A DNA stretch of 64,000 nucleotides from Macrostomum hystrix (Eukaryota; Animalia; Platyhelminthes): contig CATNEN010000008.1 of assembly GCA_950097015.1 (NCBI GenBank), positions 1,178,001 through 1,242,000 of the forward strand, read 5' to 3'. Position numbers and translations under genes: made by a program. Shown here piece after piece: positions 52,601 to 62,337 of this stretch. Position 1 is the first letter of the stretch; every line of letters begins with the position of its first letter. The notes under the pieces were generated by a model. That model was given only the letters and a program-made list of their open reading frames with translations. It was not told where the DNA came from and ran no database searches.

Positions 52601-54577
52601 GCTGTCTGAATCCGCCGACTCGACGGCCTCAGAAGAAACATCCGAAGGATCCGAATCCAACCCGGATTCCGGAGGCCTCAAAGCAGCAGCAGCAGCAGCA
52701 GCGGGACCGGCAGAGCTTCTGCCAGGGCAGACGAAGCATCACCGCCGCTGGTTGGAAGTCCGCGGCGGAGGCCTCCGACTTGGCCTCCTCAATCAGCATG
52801 GATGACGACTATGCGGTGGAAGTTGACCCCAGGGAGCACGACCACATTATCGATCGCGAGGGTCTGCGCCTGCCCGACCGGCGCGGCTGCGGGGGCGGCG
52901 GCGAGGGTAAACCGAGCTCCGAGTGGGGATGATCGATCAGGTCCCAGCTGTTCACGAATCCCACTTCCCACTCATTGTGCTCACACTGGCGCTCGTGCTG
53001 GGGCAGATGTACATCTGCTCTGAGAATCGGTCTCATTGTCAGGCAGTCTACAAACCAAGTGGATTCGGATAAGGATAAATATGGAACTATTTTTAGATCG
53101 AGGAAACAGAGGCTTTCAGAGGACTTCAGATTGCCTGCGATTGATTCTCGGCCGGGACAAAAAGCAGATTTAATCACTCGGAAACTAAAATTCATGATTA
53201 AGCAACAGTACAAAGACTTTGAAAATTGAAATGCATGTTGAGTGTGTCTTTGAGTATGCTTTCTCCTTTCATTTGACAATGCTTTTCCTGACAGAACAGT
53301 TTCAATTTTTTGTAATTTGCGTAATTTATAAGACTTTATTAGCCATTTCTGTTTACCTTTTAAACATCCAAATTTCAGGAGAAGCTGGGGAGAACTCGGC
53401 CAGGTAGGCAGCGCATGGCAACTCAACCGATGAATGCAGCATGAAGATGACAAGTCGATTGCTTGAAGTGCAGTGAACTAACCGGAGTGATTCATAATTA
53501 CCTATGTTGCTAATGTCCACATTTCCCAGTCGGGTCGTCATTTTTTAACCAAATCGTTTCTTTTTATTCGCTCTAGTGTGTCGTTTATGATAGTTTTCGC
53601 TAGGAAGCGGTAAAAAATGAGAACCGACCCTTTTTTGACTGATAATCCTACGCATGCGATCATCTAACAAAAATACTCGTATTTTCGTCTCAATTCTCTG
53701 TCAGCATTGCTAAGCCCACTCACACCCAACACAGCCTAATTTCGTTTCAAATTCTCGTTTGCACTATTGCTAAATGTTCTTAGTGTCTGCAAAAATTCAT
53801 TTTTACAAACAAGCCAGCTTTTTTCAACAAAAGCAACAATGCAGCAGCAGAGGAAATAGCGAAGACAGTAAAAAAATAGGAAAATTCTGCTCTCAGACAA
53901 AATTATCACAACAGACAGACAGAAGTCAAACGCTTCAACAATGATATTCACATCTCTGCTTTTGCTACGTTCCGCATGTCTGTAGATCTCGTAGAAAAGC
54001 AGAATTCAACAATTTCATTCCGCCTCATGCACGGCTCTGAGCCTAAGAGAACTGAATGCCGACCTGCCCTAAAATTCGAGTGTTTTGCTTGAGCTATACA
54101 GACCCTTTCAATCTAATCAGTTCGCCCAGTTTAATGAGAAAATTGTCTTTAATTATCCTACAAAGCTCTTCACTCTCAAATCCGTGCTCAACCTGGTACT
54201 CATCCTGTATCCTTCTGCCTTCTGTCTCCATCTCTCACGATTCCCACACAAGCCCCCGTGCTCGACGCAGTGGTTGAAGTGCAGCAAGCTACCAACGCCA
54301 ACCCAGTAGAAGTACATAAAATTTAACGGATTAACGAATTCTTTTTTGTCTGATTCACACAAAAAGCCTGGTGCTGCGAGTCGAGCAGAGGGCGCGGTAC
54401 TATGCCAATCCTGGTCGGCCGAACCAGAGACTCCTCATTGACAAAAAGCGCTTCGTATCGGTTTGGCAGGAGGGAGCCCGACCTCCAGCGTCCATCCAAG
54501 CCGACATGGACCGACAGGCCGCTGAATTCATGGCCGAATGTCGCGACAACAACTCCGACCAATATTCTCCTTTCTGA
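10528..54577 (+). CDS. Ank: Giant ankyrin gene, multi-exon span (ANK x24 - ZU5 - ZU5 - UPA - giant exon - short C-terminus)
   Basis: Exons chained by GT/AG sites with matching phases. Translation gives the canonical ankyrin order: [22 protein letters not shown], 24 ANK repeats, [12 protein letters not shown] (ZU5A), ZU5B, ADKTLE...FRENRL (UPA). Confidence 0.95.
10558..10623 (+). repeat. CAG microsatellite (22 Gln codons if exon A is real)
   Basis: CAG CAA (CAG)20. Confidence 0.95.
11689..11712 (+). CDS. Ank: Ankyrin alternative first coding exon B (MGNTVAQQ)
   Basis: ATG GGA at 11689, strong donor CAG|GTGAGT. Phase 0 matches the acceptor at 12777. Confidence 0.65.
12777..12878 (+). CDS. Ank: Ankyrin exon, ANK repeat 1 ([34 protein letters not shown])
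   Basis: CAG acceptor and GTAAGC donor, 102 nt, phase 0-0. Closely resembles the first repeat of animal ankyrins. Confidence 0.93.
13622..13986. mobile_element. Hairpin/MITE-like element with 74-bp inverted arms (13622-13695 and 13913-13986)
   Basis: The arms are near-perfect reverse complements. Related partial copies occur near 19530-19660, 20560-20630 and 35400-35480. Confidence 0.65.
14862..15185. repeat. CTCTCTCCAT-type low-complexity array
   Basis: Direct periodicity. Confidence 0.85.
15593..15841 (+). CDS. Possible additional first exon C ([10 protein letters not shown]...Q-rich...[11 protein letters not shown])
   Basis: GC-rich open frame inside an AT-rich intron, donor GCA|GTGAGA in phase 0. 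It could splice to 17368 and bypass ANK repeat 1. No homology recognised. Confidence 0.35.
17368..18174 (+). CDS. Ank: Ankyrin exon, ANK repeats 2-10
   Basis: CAG|AAT GGC CTC ([13 protein letters not shown]) to LHMA|GTGAGT, 807 nt, phase 0-0. Confidence 0.95.
18254..18298 (+). repeat. Interstitial telomeric repeat, (TTAGGG)5 plus two degenerate units
   Basis: Read directly from the sequence. Confidence 0.9.
18637..19254 (+). CDS. Ank: Ankyrin exon, ANK repeats 10-15
   Basis: TACAG|GTT CAA GGC (VQGDH) to LLLQ|GTTAGG, 618 nt, phase 0-0. Confidence 0.93.
19703..20272 (+). CDS. Ank: Ankyrin exon, ANK repeats 16-21
   Basis: TAG|GCT GGC GCC ([17 protein letters not shown]) to LHLAAQ|GTGAAT, 570 nt, phase 0-0. 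Confidence 0.93.
20683..20952 (+). CDS. Ank: Ankyrin exon, ANK repeats 21-23
   Basis: TACAG|GAG GAC (EDRLAAAE) to RPLNV|GTGAGG, 270 nt, phase 0-0. Confidence 0.92.
20975..21290. repeat. Minisatellite, about 20 nt (CACAATGAACCAGAACACCC)
   Basis: Direct periodicity. Confidence 0.85.
21350..21424 (+). other. Degenerate tRNA-like sequence (tRNA-derived SINE head or pseudo-tRNA, Val-like)
   Basis: A-box-like TGGCAAAGCGG at 21358, degenerate B-box GAGCTTGATTCC at 21401. The middle part resembles tRNA-Val GCCTCACACGCGAAAGGTC. Confidence 0.4.
21844..22039 (+). CDS. Ank: Ankyrin exon, ANK repeat 24 and start of linker ([13 protein letters not shown]...[16 protein letters not shown])
   Basis: CTCTCCAG acceptor, donor G|GTAGGC, phase 0-1. 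The tail resembles the ankyrin PETMxE...SDxE linker motif. Confidence 0.88.
22048..22612. repeat. Minisatellite, 23 nt (ACTCACGAACTGGACCTCTTCAA) starting just after the 22039 donor
   Basis: Direct periodicity. The 23-aa ORF repeat cycles through all three frames. Confidence 0.9.
23068..23187 (+). CDS. Ank: Probable cassette exon in linker ([40 protein letters not shown])
   Basis: CAACAG acceptor, weak donor G|GTTAAT. 120 nt, symmetric phase 1-1, open frame. Confidence 0.55.
23335..24810. repeat. Minisatellite, 17 nt (AATCTAGGAATTTACAG)
   Basis: Direct periodicity. Confidence 0.92.
25180..27595. repeat. Satellite, 28-29 nt (TGTCTGACTGTCATCATTCATTATCCAC[T]), 2.4 kb
   Basis: Direct periodicity. 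Confidence 0.93.
28059..28126 (+). CDS. Ank: Linker exon ([22 protein letters not shown])
   Basis: TTTGCAG acceptor, AAG|GTAAGC donor, phase 1-0. Confidence 0.75.
28135..28440. repeat. Minisatellite, 16 nt (TAGATTGATAGACTAG), sharing a GATTGATAGACTA core with the array at 1-630
   Basis: Direct periodicity. Confidence 0.85.
28648..28868 (+). CDS. Ank: Linker exon ending in ...RVPIVSG (acceptor could be 28648, 28657 or 28675)
   Basis: Open GC-rich frame, donor GG|GTGAGA in phase 2. Joins 34471 to give PIVSG-FLVSF, as in other ankyrins (PxHSG-FLVSF). Confidence 0.8.
28985..29850. repeat. 18-nt array (TTATCTACTCTCCCTCT[C/T]) followed by a CATCTAGTCTCCAGCATCTATTCTG-type array
   Basis: Direct periodicity. 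Confidence 0.88.
29900..29933 (+). CDS. Ank: Candidate 34-nt micro-exon ([12 protein letters not shown])
   Basis: Strong acceptor TTCCCTTGTATTCCCCTAG and donor CGG|GTGAGC. Read as phase 1 in / phase 2 out, it links 22039 or 23187 directly to 34471. Confidence 0.45.
30340..31020. repeat. Minisatellite, about 16 nt (GAGTAGATTAGATAAT and variants)
   Basis: Direct periodicity. Confidence 0.88.
31294..32158 (+). mobile_element. Internally deleted, frameshifted Tc1/mariner (mariner-type) transposon in an ankyrin intron
   Basis: Inverted repeats GGGCGATCAAAAAGTTCTGCAA (31297-31318) and TTGCAGAACGTTTTGATCGCCC (32131-32152). Transposase pieces from ATG 31423 show the HTH, WVPHLLT, VTGDE and C-terminal RC..AEGKYFE motifs. 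The second and third catalytic Asp region and YSPDL are missing. Confidence 0.92.
32969..33037 (+). CDS. Ank: Cassette exon or alternative first exon ([22 protein letters not shown]) just before ZU5
   Basis: CTCAG acceptor, ATG at 32970, donor AT|GTAAGA in phase 2. 69 nt, symmetric 2-2. Confidence 0.6.
33470..34410. repeat. GAATAGATGCTGGAGAGTAGATGAGA-type array, reverse complement of the 29310-29850 family
   Basis: GCAGAATAGATGCTGGAGACTAGATGAG near 33606 is complementary to the unit near 29641. Confidence 0.85.
34471..34764 (+). CDS. Ank: ZU5A exon ([28 protein letters not shown]...)
   Basis: Spectrin-binding DARGG motif. CTCAG acceptor, AG|GTGGGT donor, phase 2-2. Confidence 0.95.
34968..35271 (+). 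CDS. Ank: ZU5A/ZU5B exon ([11 protein letters not shown]...[15 protein letters not shown])
   Basis: Phase 2-0, donor CAG|GTGAGA. Conserved ankyrin sequence. Confidence 0.95.
35614..36096 (+). CDS. Ank: ZU5B/UPA exon ([22 protein letters not shown]...[15 protein letters not shown]...[11 protein letters not shown])
   Basis: TTCTAG acceptor, CGG|GTGAGA donor, 483 nt, phase 0-0. Confidence 0.95.
36371..37049 (+). CDS. Ank: UPA exon plus Pro-rich post-UPA region
   Basis: CAG|GCG GAC AAA (ADKTLE), [15 protein letters not shown]. Donor G|GTGAAC, phase 0-1. Confidence 0.92.
37133..38229 (+). CDS. Ank: Cluster of seven symmetric phase-1 mini-exons: 37133-37285, 37384-37455, 37539-37619, 37722-37781, 37857-37931, 38013-38093, 38167-38229
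   Basis: Each has an AG acceptor and GT donor and a length divisible by 3 (153, 72, 81, 60, 75, 81, 63 nt). All frames are open. Confidence 0.85.
38543..38890 (+). CDS. Ank: Ser/Thr/Ala-rich exon before the giant exon ([19 protein letters not shown]...)
   Basis: 348 nt, symmetric phase 1-1. Acceptor AAGCAG and donor G|GTATTC are both weak. Read-through ends at TGA 38910. Confidence 0.6.
39084..52091 (+). CDS. Ank: Giant ankyrin exon (~13 kb, ~4,300 aa), interrupted by three +1 frameshifts near 40890, 41160 and 41384
   Basis: Phase-1 acceptor CCTAG|CT. ORFs 39053-40912, 40833-41171, 40909-41394 and 41411-52174 carry one continuous acidic repeat protein. The 3' donor is estimated (G|GTGCGA at 52091 or G|GTGGTG at 52088). 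Confidence 0.85.
40060..41170 (+). repeat. Coding tandem repeat, 54-nt/18-aa unit ([18 protein letters not shown]) with 19-aa variants
   Basis: The 54-nt period is visible directly, e.g. at 40499 and 40553. Confidence 0.9.
41640..45730 (+). repeat. Coding tandem repeat, 33-nt/11-aa unit ([11 protein letters not shown]), roughly 120 units with higher-order duplications
   Basis: Translation of ORF 41411. Identical multi-unit blocks recur 528 nt and 330 nt apart. Confidence 0.92.
46530..48610 (+). repeat. Coding tandem repeat, 33-nt/11-aa unit (EQPEYKEPE[E/D][V/I]) in three homogenised sub-arrays
   Basis: EEV, EDV and EEI sub-arrays separated by related [11 protein letters not shown]-type spacer units. 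Confidence 0.92.
52489..52906 (+). CDS. Ank: Post-giant exon ([14 protein letters not shown]...[21 protein letters not shown]...GE), needing a +1 frame change near 52680 or an internal acceptor at 52562
   Basis: CTCCAG acceptor in phase 1, donor G|GTAAAC in phase 1 but in the next frame. Confidence 0.55.
53379..53403 (+). CDS. Ank: 25-nt micro-exon (GEAGENSA)
   Basis: TTTCAG acceptor, AG|GTAGGC donor. Phase 1-2 fits both neighbouring exons. Confidence 0.6.
54367..54577 (+). CDS. Ank: Probable terminal ankyrin exon ([37 protein letters not shown]...QYSPF*)
   Basis: GC-rich open frame ending in TGA. The AAG acceptor is weak but in the required phase 2. Confidence 0.6.
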
Positions 54578-56029
54578 GTTGATCAAAGCCCATTGTGGTG
54601 TAGCGATGTACAGGTGGTGCGGTACATAATTGGGTCTTTAAGTAGTAAAACTTTCAAGCAAATTTCCCTGATTTCAATAGTGCTTCAAGCTGCTGAAAAT
54701 CATTCATCAATTAAAAACTTTTCTTTGCAATTTTCACATTAAAAGACCAATCAATTTCAGCTATGCACATGCAACATCTGGAAACCATTTTTTCTCTGCT
54801 GTCACTAATAATAATTTTCTAGTCAGCTTCAATTTTTTTAATTTAATTATATACAAGTATCTTATATTACCATAGTTTGCAACGGCCGTCAATACGGATG
54901 GGTCACTATTGTTGCTTTTTAGTTCTAGAAATTTCTGCAACCCTCGAAGCGATCGCTTATCTTCATGGATCGCTAATTGTTTTGCTAGCAGTTTCAAAAA
55001 TACCTGTCGTACCTTTTAACGCTTATAATTTATGTACTCGTGCGTACATGTTGCTAAAGACGCTAGTTTATTTAGTCCTGCGAACCATTTCAACTTGCAA
55101 ACCGGTAAATATTTCTAAAAGTACCCTTTCTCCTTTCAATAATCCTAAGTCAAGAGCGCAATTGTGAGGCAACAATCCGTAACTGTAAGTCTGCACCGCC
55201 CGTTTCGACTTTCGATACGCTCACAGCTCTGCTTTTCTTTCATAGCCAGCACTTAGTTCCAGTCATTTTGTTTCAGCCATTTCTTCAGTAACAAATCTGA
55301 CGTCGCTAAATAATCATTCGATTCAATCTCGTGCTCAAAGTATAGAATAAATTTTTAGTTTTTGAAAAGCTATAACAAATCAGACATTGACAGAAACGAC
55401 TTTGAACACTCGAATGTCAATTATTTAACGATTTTATTTATAAAAACGGAACTAAAATGAAAAATAGACATTTTTTCTCGTGTTCAATAGCCCGATTCCA
55501 GGTGAAGAGGCGCGACCGGGGGGAGACAGAGGTGTCACATTCGGGAAGATGATGTGAGAATGAATTATTCCTTTCCAACGCGATGGCAGCTGGGACTGAT
55601 AATTCCTGTCTAGTCGTTCGCCTCTCTTCACACTGCAAAGGCTGCTTTTTGTACCGGGTTTCAATCCAAAAAAATTACTTGTCACCTTCTGCTGGCCCAA
55701 CCGTTTGTTATGCCTTTTTCCACCGCTTTTTCTTGACTATTTTATCTTACAAAACAAGATATCTGCATCGATATTACTGTGTACTGTGTTATTGCTGTTG
55801 TTTTTTAATTCTGAAACACGAAAATATCAAATTTACTACATTTAGTTTTCTTGAAAAATTTAAAATATATTTTATGGTACGTCCACGTAGCACAAGAACG
55901 AACTAAAGTGGGCCGAAAAATTCACTGCCATTGCTATAGCTTTCGTGATATAATATTAGAATATTTTCTAGTATTTTTTCTTTCTCAAAGCATTTTAAAA
56001 ACCACAACATTTTTTGAATTGTCACTGCT

Positions 56030-56962
56030 TCATCTGACAGCTCACTGCTTCATCTGACAGCTCACTGCTTCATCTGACAGCTCACTGCATCATCTGACAG
56101 CTCACTGCATCATCTGACAACTCACTGCATCATCTGACAACTCACTGCATCATCTGACAGCTCACTGCATCATCTGACAACTCACTGCATCATCTGACAA
56201 CTCACTGCATCATCTGACAGCTCACTGCATCATCTGACAACTCACTGCTCCATCTGACAACTCACTGCTTCATCTGACAACTCACTGCATCATCTGACAA
56301 CTCACTGCTTCATCTGACAACTCACTGCATCATCTGACAACTCACTGCTCCATCTGACAACTCACTGCTTCATCTGACAGCTCACTGCATCATCTGACAA
56401 CTCACTGCATCATCTGACAACTCACTGCATCATCTGACAACTCACTGCTCCATCTGACAACTCACTGCTCCATCTGACAACTCACTGCTTCATCTGACAA
56501 CTCACTGCTTCATCTGACAGCTCACTGCATCATCTGACAACTCACTGCATCATCTGACAGCTCACTCCATCATCTGACAGCTCATTGCATCATCTGACAA
56601 CTCACTGCTCCATCTGACAGCTCATTGCATCATCTGACAACTCACTGCATCATCTGACAACTCACTGCATCATCTGACAACTCACTGCATCATCTGACAA
56701 CTCACTGCATCATCTGACAACTCACTGCTCCATCTGACAACTCACTGCTTCATCTGACAACTCACTGCTTCATCTGACAGCTCACTGCATCATCTGACAA
56801 CTCACTGCATCATCTGACAGCTCACTCCATCATCTGACAGCTCATTGCATCATCTGACAGCTCACTGCATCATCTGACAGCTCACTGCATCATCTGACAG
56901 CTCACTGCATCATCTGACAGCTCACTGCATCATCTGACAGCTCACTGCATCATCTGACAACT
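56030..56962. repeat. Minisatellite, 20 nt (CTCACTGCATCATCTGACAA)
   Basis: Direct periodicity. Confidence 0.92.
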
Positions 56963-57574
56963 CGCTGAACTCTATTTTTGTAGCGAACTACGCTCGCATT
57001 TTGATCCGACTAAAATAAACATAGGCAAAGTAAATTCTCGTTTCCTTACATTTCTGGTCTGTTCCTGCATTATTTTTCAAGAAAACGCCTTCCTTGAATG
57101 TAGAGGATTATAATGAAATTGAATCACCGATCCATAATCTAATCTTTTGATTAATTAAAATTTTCTGATCAAGACAGTTATCAAAATGCACTTTAGTTAG
57201 ATTACTCGGCACCCGTAGTTCCGAATTCTGCTTTGAAAATCTTTTTCAAGCAATTTCGCTTCAGATCTCGGCTTTTCCTGCCGACCGCACCCCTTCACTG
57301 TTCCGTTCTGTGAGAAAAGCCAGTTCAATGCTAGCAACTGAGCAGAGCAATTTTCCAGTAAGAAATTTCTCTTCACCCCGACCTATCGGTCTTAAAGAAA
57401 AGAGGCGAGTTACTTGCGATACAAAGGAACTGAATAAAGAATTACAATCACAATGAGATTAAATGCGTGACTTGCGAAAGTTGGGACATTTTATGCGCTT
57501 TGGCCAGCTCTACTCACCTGTTCTGAAACACCTTTGTGTCTGGCTGTCAGCTCGACCGATCATACTAGCTAGCT

Positions 57575-59165
57575 GCCTCCATCTGCCTCCATCTACCTCC
57601 GTCTACCTCCGTCTACCTCCGTCTACCTCCATCTACCTCCGTCTACCTCCATCTACCTCCGTCTACCTCCATCTACCTCCGTCTACCTCCATCTATCTCC
57701 GTCTACCTCCATCTACCTCCATCTACCTCCATCTACCTCCATCTACCTCCATCTACCTCCGTCTACCTCCGTCTACCTCCATCTACCTCCATCTATCACC
57801 GTCAACCTACATCTACCTCCATCTACCTCCATCTACCTCCGTCTACCTCCATCTACCTCCATCTACCTCCATCTATCACCGTCAACCTACATCTACCTCC
57901 ATCTACCTCCATCTACCTCCATCTATCACCGTCTACCTCCATCTACCTACATTTACCTCCATCTATCTCCGTCTACCTCCATCTATCTCCGTCTACCTCC
58001 ATCTACCTCCATCTACCTCCATCTACCTCCGTCTACCTCCGTCTACCTCCATCTACCTCCATCTATCACCGTCAACCTACATCTACCTCCATCTACCTCC
58101 ATCTACCTCCGTCTACCTCCATCTACCTCCATCTACCTCCATCTATCACCGTCAACCTACATCTACCTCCATCTACCTCCATCTACCTCCATCTATCACC
58201 GTCTACCTCCATCTACCTACATTTACCTCCATCTATCTCCGTCTACCTCCATCAATCTCCGTCTACCTCCGTCTACCTCCATCTACCTCCGTCTACCTCC
58301 ATCTACCTCCATCTACCTCCATCTACCTCCATCTACCTCCATCTACCTCCGTCAACCTCCATCTACCTCCATCTACCTCCATCTACCTCCATCTACCTCC
58401 ATCTACCTCCGTCTACCTCCACCTTCCACCATCTATCTCCGTCTACCTCCACCTTCCTCCATCTACCTCCATCTATCTCCGTCTACCTCCATCTATCTCC
58501 GTCTACCTCCATCTACCTCCGTCTACCTCCATCTACCTCCATCTACCTCCATCTATCTCCATCTATCTCAGTCTACCTCCATCTACCTCCGTCTACCTCC
58601 ATCTACCTCCGTCTACCTCCATCTACCTCCGTCTACCTCCATCTATCTCCGTCTACCTCCATCTACCTCCATCTACCTCCATCTACCTCCATCTGTCTCC
58701 GTCCACCTCCATCTATCTCCGTTTACATCGATCTTCCTCCGTTTACATCGATCTTCCTCCGTTTACATCAATCTTCCTCCGTTTACATTGATCTTCCTCC
58801 GTTTACATTGATCTTCCTCCGTTTACATCCATCTGCCTCCATCTACCTCCATCTACCTCCATCTACCTCCGTGTACCTCCATCTGCCTCCATCTACCTCC
58901 ATCTATCTCCGTCTACCTCCATCTACCTCCGTCTACCTCCATCTACCTCCATCTACCTCCGTCTACCTCCATCTACCTCCGTCTACCTCCATCTATCTCC
59001 GTCTACCTCCATCTATCACCGTCTACCTCCGTCTCCCTCCATCTACCTCCGTCTACCTCCGGCTACCTCCATCTACCTACATTTACCTCCATCCATCTCC
59101 GTTTACCTTCATATCTACATCCATCTACCTCCATCTACCTCCATCTACCTCCATCGACCTACATT
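57575..59165. repeat. 10-nt satellite (ATCTACCTCC / GTCTACCTCC)
   Basis: Direct periodicity. Confidence 0.92.
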
Positions 59166-59482
59166 TACTTTAATTTACCTACAATTAGAACAGATGAAAG
59201 TAAATGGTTTCAGAATAAGCTGATATATTATTAGTATAGCAAGCTAAATCCCACGGAAAGTAGCCCGCTGGAAACTGGAAGCCCTTGCCTCAAATCACAT
59301 TGGCTTCAGCCTTCAGTATTCATAAATGTATTTATGATAGCCATATATTTCTATACTAGCATAAAACGCTGCGAATCCTAGCTAATCTACTTCTGATTAG
59401 GCCGCAAGGGTTATCCGAGCTTAAGTCTCCCAAGGCCTTAGCAACAACTATGGGGAGGCGAAAATGGCTAGGCGAGACTGGA

Positions 59483-62337
59483 TTAGTTTATCCTTCTGGC
59501 CAAGTTAATCGGCACTAATCTGGCTGACTCTCGGTGTGTCAAATTGCGGAACACGTTTGCATGGATAAAGTCATCAGCTGGACTAGCTAGGACTGCTGTG
59601 AATGGGAAATATGGGGTAAGGATGGTAGGATTGGGGATAAGGATGGAAGAGATGGGGATAAGGATGATAGGAATGGGGATAAGGATGATAGAAATGGGGA
59701 TAAGGATGATAGGAATGGGGGTAAGGATGCCAGGGATGGGGATAAGGATGGTAGGGATGGGGATAAGGGTGGTAGGGATGGGCATAAGGGTGGTAGGGAT
59801 GGGGAAAAGGATGGTAGGGATGGGGATATGGATGGTAGAATTGAGGATAAGGATGGTAGGGATGGGGTTATGGATGGTATTTTGGGTATAAGGATGGTAG
59901 AGATGGGGATAAGGATGGTAGAGATGGGGATAGGGATGGTAGAGATGAGGATAAGGATGGTAGGGATAGGGTTAAGGATGGTATTTATGGGTATAAGGAT
60001 GGTAGAGATGGGGATAGGGATGGTTGAGATGAGGATAGGGATGGTAGGGATGGGGATAAGGGTGGTAGGGATGGGGGATAAGGGTGGTAGGGATGGGGAC
60101 AAGGGTGGTAGGGATGGGGACAAGGATGGTATGGATGGGGACAAGGATGTCAGGGATGGGGATAAGGGTGGTAGGGATGGGGATATGGATGGTAGAATTG
60201 AGGATAAGGATGGTAGAGATGGGGATAGGGATGGTAGAGATGAGGATAGGGATGGTAGGGATGGGGACAAGGGTGGTAGGGATGGGGATAAGGGTGGTAG
60301 GGGTGGGGATAAGGATGGTAGGGATGGGGGGATAAGGGTGGTAGGGATGGGGACAAGGATGGTAGGGATAGGGTTAAGGATGGTATTTATGGGTATAAGG
60401 ATGGTAGAGATGGGGATAGGGGTGGTAGAGATGAGGATAGGGATGGTAGGGATGGGGACAAGGGTGGTAGGGATGGGGATAAGGGTGGTAGGGATGGGGA
60501 TAAGGATGGTAGGGATGGGGGGATAAGGGTGGTTGGGATGGGGACAAGGATGGTAGGGATGGGGATAAGGATGGTAGGGATTGGGGGATAAGGGTGGTAG
60601 GGATGGGGATAATGGTGGTAGGGATGGGGATAAGGGTGGTAGGGATGGGGGGATAAGGGTGGTAGGGATGGGGACAATGATGGTAGGGATGGGGATAAGG
60701 ATGGTAGGGATTGGGGGATAAGGGTGGTAGGGATGGGGATAAGGGTGGTAGGGATGGGGATAACGAATGTAAGTATGGTTGGGATTGGGAAAAGTATAAG
60801 TGGCTATGGTTAGCAGATGACCGAAATTTAAAATACTTGGTTTTAAAATTTAGTTTCATTTCACAATTGCATGAGGATGGCGTAGGTGCTTCCAAGATCC
60901 CAAAACATCGCGTGCGCATATCGGCAAAGCCTCTTAAGTATCGTCAGTTTGGCCAGCTCAGTTGCGTGCATAGTCCGGATCAGAGTGAAAGCAGAATAGA
61001 AAAATATAGAATTGTGCGAAGAAAATAATCTCAGAAAAAAAATAGCGCAGACAGAAGCCTACAGGAGCTGGGTTGAGTATGTTTCTCGTCAGGCCATCAC
61101 AGGTCACCCGGATGCAACTCCAGCCGCTGAGACTGACCCGAGTGCTCGAGTTCGAGAGCGGATAGGTCCAACGCCTGTTGCTTGATTGATGGATTCCGAG
61201 TAATCCTTTCAGAATTCAGCGAGGACTAAGTTGGGATATTTCAAAGGTTGCAGAATATTTTTCTGACATCCCCTGTTGCTGACGAAAATCTTTGGCTATT
61301 GTGTGACCTGAACGATGCTATGAGGTAGTGCGGTGAGAGTGGCTGAATGGGTGAGAGTGGGTGAATGGGTGAGAGTGAGTGAATGGGTGAGAGTGGGTGA
61401 ATGGGTGAGAGTGAGTGAATGGGTGAGAGTGAGTGGTAGGGTGAGAGTGAGTGAATGGGTGAGAGTGAGTGAATGGGTGAGAGTGAGTGAATGGGTGAGA
61501 GTGGGTGAATGGGTGAGAGTGGGTGAATGGGTGAGAGTGAGTGAATGGGTGAGAGTGGGTGAATGGGTGAGAGTGAGTGAATGGGTGAGAGTGAGTGAAT
61601 GGGTGAGAGTGGGTGAATGGGTGAGAGTGGGTGAATGGGTGAGAGTGAGTGAATGGGTGAGAGTGGGTGAATGGATGAGAGTGGGTGAATGGATGAGAGT
61701 GGGTGAATGGGTGAGAGTGAGTGAATGGGTGAGAGTGGGTGAATGGGTGAGAGTGAGTGAATGGGTGAGAGTGGGTGAATGGGTGAGAGCGTGTGAAGGG
61801 TGAGAGCAGGAACTACTAAATACTCTCCTTTTACTTAATACTTTATTCTTTCTTTAAACTTTAAAGGATCGCGATATATTTTAATGAAACCACATACATG
61901 TATAACATTAAGCTGACTCCTTTATTTTAAAAAATCGATAAAAAACAAAAAACTTTTTTGGTGAAATCCGTTAATTATATAAACCAATTTGATATACTTT
62001 GACGAAAGATCAGTTTTATATTTACCAAAAAGCAACTAAATTATCCATGGGGGAATGGCATTTTCCATTTCTTGCAACTGTTGGAAGCCGGCAAGGCAAG
62101 CCAAAGTCCTGTTTAGGGGACAGTGGTGAAGAATGGGGGTGGGTCCTATATTGGTAAAGAAAAATCGATATTAGCAAGATGTTGGAATTACGAACGTGAC
62201 GTTCGCCCCAGTTTTTGGTCATCCTAATTTCCTAAACAAGGCCCGTCCGAACGCCATTTGTTTGATTCCTTAAGTACGTAAGCATCCCATTCTCACCCCT
62301 CCAGCATACTTGCGCAGATAAGAAGGGTTTGGCGTCA
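59483..62337 (-). CDS. Possible 3' exons of a minus-strand gene (62337-62297, from 61174, and a terminal exon ending 59483)
   Basis: Plausible splice sites with compatible phases give VTPNPSYLRKYAGG-ALDLSALELEHSGQSQRLELHP-AVLASPADDFIHANVFRNLTHRESARLVPINLARRIN*. No homolog recognised, and other frames are also open. Confidence 0.3.
59612..60775. repeat. G-rich minisatellite, 21 nt (GGGATAAGGATGGTAGGGATG)
   Basis: Direct periodicity. Confidence 0.9.
61333..61805. repeat. Minisatellite, 18 nt (GGGTGAGAGTG[A/G]GTGAAT)
   Basis: Direct periodicity. Confidence 0.92.

Noticed and set aside
54253-54326. Possible alternative short terminal exon ([23 protein letters not shown])
   Set aside because: It is phase-compatible but has only a weak AAG acceptor and no other support.
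57463-61803. Pro/Ser/His-rich, Gly/Met-rich and VSEWVR ORFs
   Set aside because: These are translations of the 10-, 21- and 18-nt satellites.
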